A stretch of DNA of 58,246 nt from Trichoplax sp. H2 (Eukaryota), in contig NOWV01000116.1 of the NCBI GenBank assembly GCA_003344405.1, forward strand, positions 186,001 to 244,246, in the 5' to 3' direction. A program made the translations under genes and the position numbers. Positions 1 to 10,457 of this stretch are shown here, in pieces (the first letter of the stretch is position 1; each line of letters opens with the position of its first letter). Below the pieces are notes generated by a model. That model ran no database searches, was not told where the DNA came from, and saw nothing but the letters and a program-made list of their open reading frames with translations.

Positions 1-2907
1 CAATTTCACAGACTATTTATGGTATCAACGATAATTTAAATAAAAACGGCATAAAATGTGGTAACATTTTGGTGATTCCTGCTGTTCAACACTAGTATCA
101 GTAAGTTGATGGCCGATTAATTTTCTGATTAAATCTTGTGGGTCATTCTACTATAATCATTAACTGTGAATAGATAAAAATTGCAGTAAATGTTGATTAG
201 ATTTTAAATTAAAAATGCTTTAACGATCAGGTAATAACATGCATGTTATCATGATCAATTTCAAATATACCTGATGCTGAAATTGCAAATATTGAAATAG
301 TCAACGCCTTTTTAGATTCGTAGCGATACTCCTAAAAAACAGGACTCGAGATTCATTTTATTTTCGTCTATCTATTGTAATCTCATCGCTTGAATTAATC
401 GAGTTATCTTACGAGCGCAAATTAATATCATCTCTTTGCTATAGATAAAAGCACTTGGCAAAAGCCATGTTACTAAAGTCAATTTGTAATTGACTAAAGT
501 TTAATTATTGCGAATAATATTTTACGCCAATTAATTGCTAGGGTAGTGAATACTGAGCTGACTGATTACTGCAATAAGCGAAGATTTCACATTCGTAATA
601 GTTGACTTATCGTGAGCAAACTTTGTCCATTTAATGTTAACATTAATTAACGATCTCAAAATTAAAACTTTGGCGTACAACGTTGTACTATTACAATCAT
701 AAGACAAAAAACTCCATTATAGTATCTTGGTACAGTAATATTACATATTAGGTACAGTCTAAATATTAAAGCTGTACAGCACTGTCTTCGAGTAGCCAGT
801 CTTTAACCTACGGGCTTTTATTGTATCTCCTCGATTTATATGAATCTATTTTTTCAATATTTTATTTTCTTTCTTTCTGTTAATACGTAATCTAAACTTA
901 TCTAACTACCCATTAATTTACACATTTTATTTACAAATTTTATAACTTTTAGATAAAAGCATTATAATTTATTTAAACTTAGTCTAATTCGCTTGCATAT
1001 CATCGAAAACTAGAAAGCGTCATTAATGCCAGTAGGAATATTTACAAAAGTATATAGAAATGTAAACTTGCCAATCCACAGGATTGCTGAATTTCATGTC
1101 TTATGCTGATGTCGTAACGCGGCTCGAATTTAGCCAATTGCATTGCATTTTAGATAGCAATTGCAACAGGAAGCGATACTCATGTACCGATTTAGATTGT
1201 ATGCCAACTCGTATGAAGTAAATTTAATCCAATTGAAATCAAGTGAAATTATGTATCTGCCGTTGAAAGTCTGCAACTGAATTCATTTATAATTTACAGT
1301 AGCAGTATTCTACAATTTGACAGCTACAGGAACTTTATGGAAAGTTAAGTGGACGCCCATAAATATACTTATATTATTAGTCGACGTTGAATGATAAAAG
1401 TTCACAATGATTGAAAAGGAAATACTGATTTTAATTCGTGGAGAGATTCCATTTTTCATTTCTAATATTACTTCTGAATACTAATTGTAAACACTATCCT
1501 GCTTTAAGCCAATTACCAGTTTATACTTGGGAACGCGACCTACAGTAGTAATGGCGACTTCCCCATTACATATCCTTAAAATTACAGTAAGTAATTGTAT
1601 TTCATTGCTGAGATGACTATTGGCATCGTCATACGGTCTTCACAAATTTTAACCGGCTTCATTATTAATAATCGTTAGTATCGTCAAGGTTGCATAATTT
1701 GATAAAACAGATGACTTGTAGTCATTTATTGTAGAATAGTAGAGCAGAGCGTTTACTTTGTCCACTGTTAGGAAAGACTGTTGTCTTAAGTACCTTAATC
1801 GAGCAGATTTGGATTTGGCTACAAATGAAGGCATGATCAATTCCGCCTATTTAAGCTAATACTTCAAGCAATAAAAGTGGATTCTGGGAAGATTTATGCG
1901 TGGCTTCGGCTTAATTGAACAAACTTTTTTCCATTCTTCTATTTTAATCACTATCGCACAATAAATTTTCGAATAAAGCTTTTTATCATTGAAATTGATC
2001 TTTGTTGTTGACCTCGATATTTCCCATGCAGTCCTCTACTGTACGGCTAAAGGAGATTTTTTTCTCCGTTGAAAAAGTTGCATTATTCAACTAGTGGGCA
2101 ATTATGGGGCATGAACTCGCTATCCATGTTGCTAACACAGCAAGTGAATTGTTACCGACGCTTTCAAATACTTGATAGCACCCTGCCAGGTATCAGCTGT
2201 AGTCGAAATGATGAAAGCCATGGCCGACTGCCGCCATATAGGTAATATCACACGTCCAGTGGAACGCGTAAACTGTATTATATCAACATCTATTTCTTCC
2301 AATCTGGAAGGAAAAATTGATCCTTGATTGGAAAATAGATAGAATACTCGTAGATGTCTGAAATAGTACAACAATACACTACTTTAATGATACCAAACTA
2401 TCAGCTGAAGTATCTAGAAAGAGACGTAGATCACCGACTCAGTTCAGTGCTACACTAGCGATGCCATTAGTTGCATTTCTGTTTCTTTCTCCTTTAACGC
2501 CGTCGGTAGTCGAATGCGCATAATGTACAGTGTAGGAAGGGCCCTTGGTTAGTGATTTACGATCGATTTTTAAAATAGTTATCGCATCGAAATTCAATTT
2601 GGTAAAGGTAATTACTAAAAATTTGTATCCAAGCTTTGATATACAGTGGTGCTTATTCTAAAGCTTGTTTAATTAAGCTCTTACTGTGTAACCCGCTATT
2701 CCAACGGCATTGGTATGTCTATAAGCACTGTTCATAGTTGGTAACTTTTATTTCAGATCAAATAAACACCATCAAAATGGCTAAGCAAAGGACAATATGT
2801 TGAATTGTTCCATTTCAGCAACGGTGTAAATGATGTTTGATAAGGATATGGCCACAGCCTTGAGTGTGGCGGCGCACAATAGAACGACGAGAATTAATCC
2901 TTGACCC

Positions 2908-3338
2908 TAGTTTATTTTGGAAAGAATTTATTTCATTGACCGTTTCCTTAACTATCTATCTCGCGCAGGATAGAGATCCTCTATCTAAAGTGATTATGCA
3001 CAAGTGTAATTTTGTGATGACAAGAATTGCTTGCCAATTTTTGCAACCTACAGTAGTTTATTTTGGAAAGAATTTATTTCATTGACGGTTTGCTCAACTA
3101 TCTATCTCGCGCAGGATAGAGAGCCTGTATCTAAAGTGATTATGCACAAGTGTAGTTTTGTGATGACAAGAACTGCTTGGCAATTTTCGCAACCTACAGT
3201 AGTTTATTTTGGAAAGAATTTATTTCATTGACGGTTTGCTCAACTATCTATCTCGCACAGGATAGAGAGCCTGTATCTAAAGTGATTATGCACAAGTGTA
3301 ATTTTGTGATGACAAAAATTGCTTGCCAATTTTTGCAA
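2908..3338. repeat. Tandem repeat, 146-bp unit, about 3 copies
   Basis: Units start at 2908, 3054 and 3200 (tagtttattttggaaagaatttatttcattgac...) and are nearly identical. They explain the near-identical ORFs 2864-3085, 3031-3231 and 3177-3386. Confidence 0.95.
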
Positions 3339-4029
3339 TCATTTGCATTTGCATGCATGCAATGCCAATTTCTCCATTCTTTGTAAGAGCAGTCTGCAAT
3401 TTGCTTCAGATGAAAATGCTTGTAAGACTGTACAAAAGCAAATGAATGGAACATTTGCTAGTTACTATTATTAGAATGGTCTTTACTCCTCTTTTTCTTT
3501 TCATCCCCTAACTCGACCTTACCATTGGCCATTAGCCCCGGCGAGAGCCGCATCCATCGTTTTTCAACTTTACAAGTCAGCCTGTTAATTTTGAACCATT
3601 CTCGGATTGTCCGGCCTTGGAAATTAGCCATACATATCATGTATATCAGTATATGTATGACAGTAGAATATACTGTCCATGTAGTGAAGTGAAGATAGAA
3701 ACCCGCATCCATCGTTGATCTTGTTATCTTACAGCAAGTTGGGAGACTCAAGCTGCAATACCTTCTTGAGTAGACTACAACGAATTTTCAATTTCATTGT
3801 TTAAGAAAGCATTATTTTAGGCAATAAAAGATGATTTTATGTTTTTGGGTAACACTATCCGTAGACTAGTCCCTGTCTTGATGAAAGGTACAAAAGAAAT
3901 TTCTTGATATTGTTGTAAGAGCAATGGCACAGAGGACAAGTTGAACAAGAAAGACTGTACTTGTAGTTTCCACATATTCAAGAAAGAAACTTGATGCTCT
4001 TCTGACAATGATGCTAACTTACACGGCTT

Positions 4030-4990
4030 GCAAATGGACTAAACTGAATTGGTTTGAGTGAGATTGTCAAGCCCAAGTGGAGCCATGTTTGAAAAGTCGT
4101 CCATGGCCGTGTGCTCTATCGGTGTTGTTTTGGGCCGACTACCGCCAATCTTAAGGTGTATTGCCACCCCGGTGTCTGGGACTCGTCTGGACACTGTCCA
4201 GGTTATTGTCAGTGTCAAACAGGTGCAGAGTTTTTCTCCCACAGGTACTCCGTCGTCAGCACTCACTGCCGACTGGATACTGTCCATTGTACTGTAGAGT
4301 ACAGTACTATGGATGGTGGACATGGGTACTGACCGTACTGTATCCCGAATTGACACCCACATCCCTGAATGGGCTGTGGCCGTGACACTCGACCCACTGG
4401 CGTAACCTGTCCCCACACTCCTCCATGGCTGTCTGTCCGAAGACCAAGCTTTGGATGCCCCCACGACTTGAATGGCTTGCCAACGTCCAAGACTGGATAC
4501 TGTCCATTGTACTCCTGTGGGTGACACTCGACCCACTGGCGTAACCTGTCCCCCATACTCCTCCATGGCTGTCTGTCCGAAGACCAAGCTTTGGATGCCC
4601 CCACGACTTGAATGCTTGCCAACGTCCAAGACTGGATACCGTCCATTGTACTGTAGAGTACAGTACTATGGTGGACATGGGTACTGTATCCGAATTGACG
4701 CCCACATCCCTGAATGGGCTGTGGGTGACACTCGACCCACTGGCGTAACCTGTCCCCACACTCCTCTATGGCTGTCTGTCCGAAGACCAAGCTTTGGATG
4801 CCTACCCCCCCCCCCCTTCTCCGTCCACGACTTGAATGCTTGCCAACGTCCAAGACAATAAATTGTGGGTAGAGTACGCATACTAGTGTTGATTTTCCAT
4901 ACGAAAGGCGTCGTGAGTAGGGGCATGGATAGCCATCGACTCGGGGTAGACATCTGTAGTTTGGACAACTTGGGTCGATTGCAAAACCTA
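4030..4990 (-). pseudogene. Possible decayed ankyrin-repeat coding relic
   Basis: Minus-strand polypyrimidine tract and TAG acceptor at 4988-5008. Minus frames give GRKTLHLFDTDNNLDSVQT, GGNTP*DW...RLFKHGS and FGQTAM, which loosely resemble the ankyrin G-x-T-P/A-L-H...L...HGA consensus. Contains stops and frameshifts. Confidence 0.3.
4271..4856. repeat. GC-rich complex tandem repeat, 3 units (about 220, 140 and 225 bp)
   Basis: Units begin gactggatac near 4271, 4491 and 4631 and end gccaacgtccaa. The middle unit has an internal deletion; the third has a poly-C insertion near 4805-4816. Confidence 0.92.
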
Positions 4991-5609
4991 AAGGAGAGAG
5001 AGAGAGAATGCTAGTTTAGCCAGGTATCAAAAGGCATCAAAATATCATCGACAAAAGGCGAAGAAAGATTTAAAAGATGACGTCAGATTTTCAATCTTGC
5101 ACAAGAATTGGTCGACAAGAGATTGATGAGCAGAAAGTAAAACCATTTTAAGCTTGATTTTCAACCGTTTTGCTTGTTGACAAAGCGTGGATAAAAAATC
5201 TTTTCCATCATTTCAATTGTCAAGATAGGCGAACAAGTAGTCAAAATGTACGTAGCCATCGAGAGTCATCAGCGTAATGCGCAATGTGCACCAATTCAAT
5301 GGACAATCAATCAATATGCTGTACAGTGTGCAGTCATTTTACGATACTATACCTTCTTGAATTGTTGTAATCTCTGATATGGAAGGTATGCAATTCATAC
5401 TCATTCTAAAGGAAATAAGGATAGCTTGTAATTTGACTACTTCAAATGGCTGTCGAAAGGATCGAAGATGTTATGTACAATTCTCATGATTCAACAAGAA
5501 TGAGCAGCGTCCAGGTATACTAAACACTATTATACTGTACAGTGTCCAGTCCAGCTTGCTATCACCATTTGTTTACGAATTCCAGTAACTCATTCCAGGC
5601 CTCAGTAGA

Positions 5610-6330
5610 CCATCAGTATGAGTGTGGTAAGAAAGAGCGATGCTGTATGTACAGTGTACAGTGTACAGTGGATACTGCATACAGTACTGTACAGTACTGT
5701 ACTGTACTGTACTATACTGTACTGTATGGTTGTAGCGGGTACAGTACCGCACCGAACCTTTGTACTGTACACTGTACACTGTATGCAGTATCCACTGTAC
5801 ACTGTACACTGTACAGCATCGCCCTTTCTTACTGTGTAGTGCCATCAGTATGAGTGTGGTAAGAAAGAGCGATGCTGTACAGTATGTACAGTGTACAGTG
5901 TACAGTGGATACTGCATACAGTACTGTACTGTACTGTACTATACTGTATGGTTGTAGCGGGTACCGCACCGAACCTCTGTACTGTACTGTACTGTACACT
6001 GTATGCAGTATCCACTGTACACTGTACACTGTACAGCATCGCTCTTTCTTACTGTGCAGTGCCATCAGTATGAGTGTGGTAAGAAAGAGCGATGCTGTAT
6101 GTACATTGTACAGTGTACAGTGTACAGTGGATACTGCATAATATACTGTATCATTCTACTGTATTATAGCTTTACTGTATTTTTAAAGAAAAATACAGTA
6201 TTGCCCGAAAGTGACAAAATGTTATGAAACAGTATGTACAGTACAGTACAGTACAGTACATGTACATACTGTACTGTACACTGTATGCAGTATCCACTGT
6301 ACTGTACAGCATCGCTCTCGCTACTGTGCA
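5610..6330. repeat. Three tandem palindromic (MITE-like) units filled with TA-CAG/CTG/CAGTG/CACTG-TA micro-units
   Basis: Units start at 5610, 5842 and 6062. Each has a left arm gtaagaaagagcgatgctgta..cagtggatactgcata and a reverse-complementary right arm tatgcagtatccactg..tacagcatcgctctttcttac (5627-5832, 5859-6052, 6079-~6323). Confidence 0.88.
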
Positions 6331-6658
6331 GTGCTGTACCGTAACGCACCGTAACGTACCGTACCGTAACGCACCGCACCGGACCGCGCAAACAAGTCAA
6401 AATCGGAGAGTGATGACCATAGAGTGAAGACAGTAGTACCGTACTGTACAGTATACTCCACAGTAGATAGCACTGTACAGTACGGTACTGTACACTGTAC
6501 AGTGAGTCAACGCCCGTAATCAATAGCCCTGGCTACTTCAAAGGCTGCCATTGCTGTGGACGTGCGTGCATCTGCTGGTGTTTTTCAACAAGAAACAAGA
6601 AGCAAATTGGCCATCCATTTTTCAATTTCCAAAGAGTTTATAAAAGCACCAATTCAAG

Positions 6659-7976
6659 ATGGGAATGCTAGATATGTGGGTTTATAGGCCTAACAACACA
6701 GTCAAGTTCCAAAGGAAATTTCAGGTAGGCAACTTGGATCCTATCGTTGGAGATCGAAGCGATACGTAATGTAAAGTAGTAGAGTAGTTGAGGTTACAAT
6801 CGTCACGGTAAAATGAGCCGCTGAAGAAACCATAGGTAAAATGTCAAGAATACCCTGATGGATTGCGATCATGAATGCATTGACTCTTGACTACCGACTA
6901 CTTTGTATCAGTTGTTGTAATAATGTAAAGTTAAGCTGTCAATGACTCTACGTAAAGATGCTACCAAAGCCTAAAATGCAGCGATCTACTTCACTCAGTG
7001 CAACACTAACCAACGACAGCTTGCATAGTAATCAATTCTTACTGGCTGTTTTGTAACAGTGCTACAGGCAAGGATTGCAAAACACAAACTAGCTCTTGCT
7101 ACATACTCTACTTTAACGGTGAAATATGGATAGTATGAAAGTACAGAGTGTACTACTAGTCCTCAGAAACTTGGCAAAGTGCAGAAAATGATCAAGGTGT
7201 TTACTCCCAATACCAATACACTGCCTTAATACTCTAATTACTTGCCAAACACGTCCAAATGCCACAAAATAGAGTGCAGTTTGAACTCAATTTGACAGAC
7301 ACAACCGGTACCAGGATCGCCATTTTGAAATCCAACGCTGCTAACAGCGTAATCCATAAAGTCCCATTAATAGGATTGGATGGTAATTGCTCTTTTCTCT
7401 CATCTCCTATACAGTGTACAGCATACAGTAACTTACCCTTTAAAACAACTCCCATTTCAATAATTTGGTACATCATCTACCAGTAGTTTTATTATTGACA
7501 TGACAACTAAATGTAGAATCTGACAAATTTCCATTGAAAAACGGTCAGATCAAATAGCATCGCACTCGCTATAACTAAAAGCTTACCTTTTTAAAATCTT
7601 TCGTTTCATAAATTGACTTACCAATTTGGTAATGCAATGATGAATGAAATTCTCTAATATTGTACAGTATACCTAATGTACTGCGAATCACATAGGATAC
7701 TGTAACAAGGCCGTGTCAAACCGGTTTGCCACTCAGCATGTTCTCACTTATATCGTACCAGTTATATGTTATACACGCATATACTTTCGGTCATTCTATT
7801 TCATAAACTATTTCATGTTCTAGGCTGGCAATTCTCTAGTCTTCTTAAAACGGGGTGGCTTAGATCGGCTTATTTACCGTGGTGTGCTAACTTATGCGTT
7901 TGTTGGCATTGGGTATGCATTATATAGTATATCCCTTGTTGCACTTGGAAAGAAGAAAAAAGTAACCAGTCAGTAA
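6659..7976 (+). CDS. COX7A: Cytochrome c oxidase subunit 7A-like protein (2 exons, 72 aa)
   Basis: Exon 1 6659-6724 (ATG...TTTCAG|gtaggc) and exon 2 7824-7976 (ttctag|GCT...TAA) join in phase 0 to give MGMLDMWVYRPNNTVKFQRKFQ/AGNSLVFLKRGGLDRLIYRGVLTYAFVGIGYALYSISLVALGKKKKVTSQ. This fits the COX7A pattern N..Q..FQ......LK.G..D.L.YR, then one TM helix and a lysine-rich tail. Candidate AATAAA at 8093-8098. The start could be ATG 6659, 6665 or 6674. Confidence 0.85.
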
Positions 7977-10457
7977 CTTAACCTTTGGCTATCAATGAAG
8001 AAAAGAACACGGAGCGAGCAGTGAATAACTGAATAGATGTTGAAATAGCAGCACGTAAAGAACTCAAAGAGAAGTCTTGTCGCTATACAAAAAATAAAGT
8101 AATTCCGATATCCTGTTGGATATGCTTGATAATTTAGGTATATTTTTAATTACATTGAAACACCGTCCGCACTTAGTGTAATGTTAACATACTGCTTCGA
8201 GCTGCAAGTATGTTGTATGCAGATGCGAGAGAGTGAGCAAATTTCGTTACTTACCGTGAATTCTGTTGGCTAACAGCCAGCTGATAGTTCATATGTATTG
8301 GACTTAGTCGAAATTTTAAAAATTGAGCATTATAACACAATATGATCAGTATTCATTTGAAGTAATTCCATTTTATAATGATATGCCTTCTAACAAAACT
8401 GTACTTAAAACAGCTACCGTAACTATAGAAACCTTGCGATTTATGCCTTGGATTTGTGTACTACCTGCAAACTGGTTCTTAATCCCTTGTAGCTCTCGTG
8501 TTATTGCATACTTATTTAAGAAAATAAATGGAACTGTATTAATCAATGGTTGTATACTATGTTGTGTGCTCGGAAAGTTGATTTCCTTTTAACTACCGAA
8601 GCAAAATATATTTTTCTTCGTTAATACTAGTAAATAAAACTTTTAAATACATCACAGGTAATACAGTACCGTGTGATCTTTGCTTCTGCCATAAATTGAT
8701 AACTAGAAGACCCAAGTAGTCATAACTACGCAGTACAAGGAACTCAAGTTTACAGTTTAATTTCTATACTGTATAGCCAATTTCATTAACTGACTGTAAC
8801 AAATACTCCATCACACAGTATTGAATATTTCAAAATAATGTTATAATTCAGTAAAGACTAAAACTTCAATTCGCCTTCATCCACAACATTGGATAACATA
8901 AAAATATCGTAAGTTTTACAAGATTTGAATATTATTTCGAGCATGGTTCAACTTCCAGATTGATTGAGCAAACTGAATGAAGTATCAGCTGAATAATGGA
9001 TTTACTTTCATAACTTAAAAATGTATGCTTGGTAAAAATTAGATGCACTTATTCTGACAAAAATATCAGTCATTCGGAATTCATGGGAGTGCGGGTAGTA
9101 GGATTGGTAAATTTAAATGGAGTGAATATTGTATACTAGTGCAAAGGATATAATTTTAGCTTTACTCTCATACTGAGCTTGGCTTATGTCTCAAACAAAG
9201 GGAAATAATATGTAAGGAAAGCTAATAAGGGTCTAGCTATTGCTATTTGTAGTTGTTTGATTCAAAATTTCATAGTGATTTCCTCCAAAGCATTAAGGCA
9301 ATCTTTGTTGAACAGAAAACGTTATACGAACCCTGCTGTACGATTATAATCCAAAAAAATACATGCCAATGCGTTTTTAACTAATGCTTTTCAACATCTG
9401 ATTATATTCGAAGTGTTTGTTGGCAAGTATTACGAATCGGCATAGCAATATTATGTAAAACTGACGCCATAACCTGAGATTCGACAACTACATCATTAAA
9501 GATGATGATATTTCATAATAAAATCAATCAAGTCACTCGTTGTATCCCATCAATCCTCTCCTTTCATTTTCTATTACAATCATGTTGATATTAACTAGTT
9601 AATTAATAAAGAACGAAAAATTTAATAATCTGGTGTTATTAAGTACGGTAATATCCATCCAAACGTTTACTATTTAGCCACCTAATGCATTGTACATCAG
9701 TGCCATATAAATTGGTATAAACGGTTACAAAAATGGTGCTGCTAATTGGTTAAATAGAATGAAGATTAATATGTTATTACAAAGGCGGTAAAATAACGTT
9801 CTTCTTCCAAATACTGCATAATCAGGATTTCAATCGTTGATTAAAATAATGATCAGAAACATGTAAGAAAACAACAGTAAAATAATAATTTTCGTAAATG
9901 GCAGAGGTCTTACTATGCCTATGCTTGGCAACAGAAAATTAGCACTTTAGTGCAGGTCAATTCGGAGAATGTGGTTCACGCGCCTTATAACTTGCCTTAA
10001 CTAATTTATCAACATTAATGATGCTGATTCGGCTAGATTATATGAAGATAAAAGTTCTTATTGTATTTAAAAAACCCAATACATGAAAACATTTAATAAT
10101 TAGGCTAACATTAACTTCAACACAATCCTGATTACAATCTTACGGCCTATTAATTGCAATATTTACCGTAGTTTTGTAGATTTTATCAGTGCATAACGTA
10201 GGTTAGTCGTAACCTTTGATAATTAAAATAAACTAAGCAAGTGCAAATAAAAGTGTTACTGCTGAGGTATTTGATCTTATTTATCTCTTAGTGGCGAGGA
10301 TTATATTATCACAATAATACGTGATATAAGCAATTACAATACAATTATAATAAGTCGGTTATATTCCTATCACAACGTTCTAAATTGATCTATTAGCTCA
10401 TAGTTATCATTGCTAATGGATATCATGTATCCATTTTATCATTAAACCACATTAATT

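Noticed and set aside
2642-2731. Mini-MITE TA-CAGTGgtgcttat...ataagCACTG
   Set aside because: The inverted repeat is short and gapped, and the right flank is TT rather than TA. Could be chance.
2864-3454. Three near-identical short ORFs as a peptide gene family
   Set aside because: They result from the 146-bp repeat. The unit length is not a multiple of 3 and the starts are non-ATG.
4120-4220. Merlin/IS1595-like transposase motif (VPDTGV)
   Set aside because: Only a few residues match. No DDE context, terminal inverted repeats or 8-bp TSD were found.
5450-5500. Similarity to 25575-25610 (gatc.aagatgtta..caa), differing by a TG-TA unit
   Set aside because: About 20 bp of similarity is not enough to establish homology.
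5640-6040. Telomeric or telomerase-added repeats
   Set aside because: Units occur in both orientations with mixed lengths and do not resemble TTAGGG.
5610-6330. CRISPR-like repeat-spacer appearance
   Set aside because: Eukaryotic context, no cas genes, units over 200 bp, and two of the three interiors are the same sequence.
5542-6523. Many overlapping Cys/Tyr/Thr/Val-rich ORFs on both strands
   Set aside because: They are translations of the TACAG/TACTG/TACAGTG units, which happen to contain few stops. Low complexity with no domain.
6639-6646. TATAAAA as the COX7A TATA box
   Set aside because: Only about 15 bp from the first ATG, too close unless a later ATG is used, and the motif is common in AT-rich DNA.
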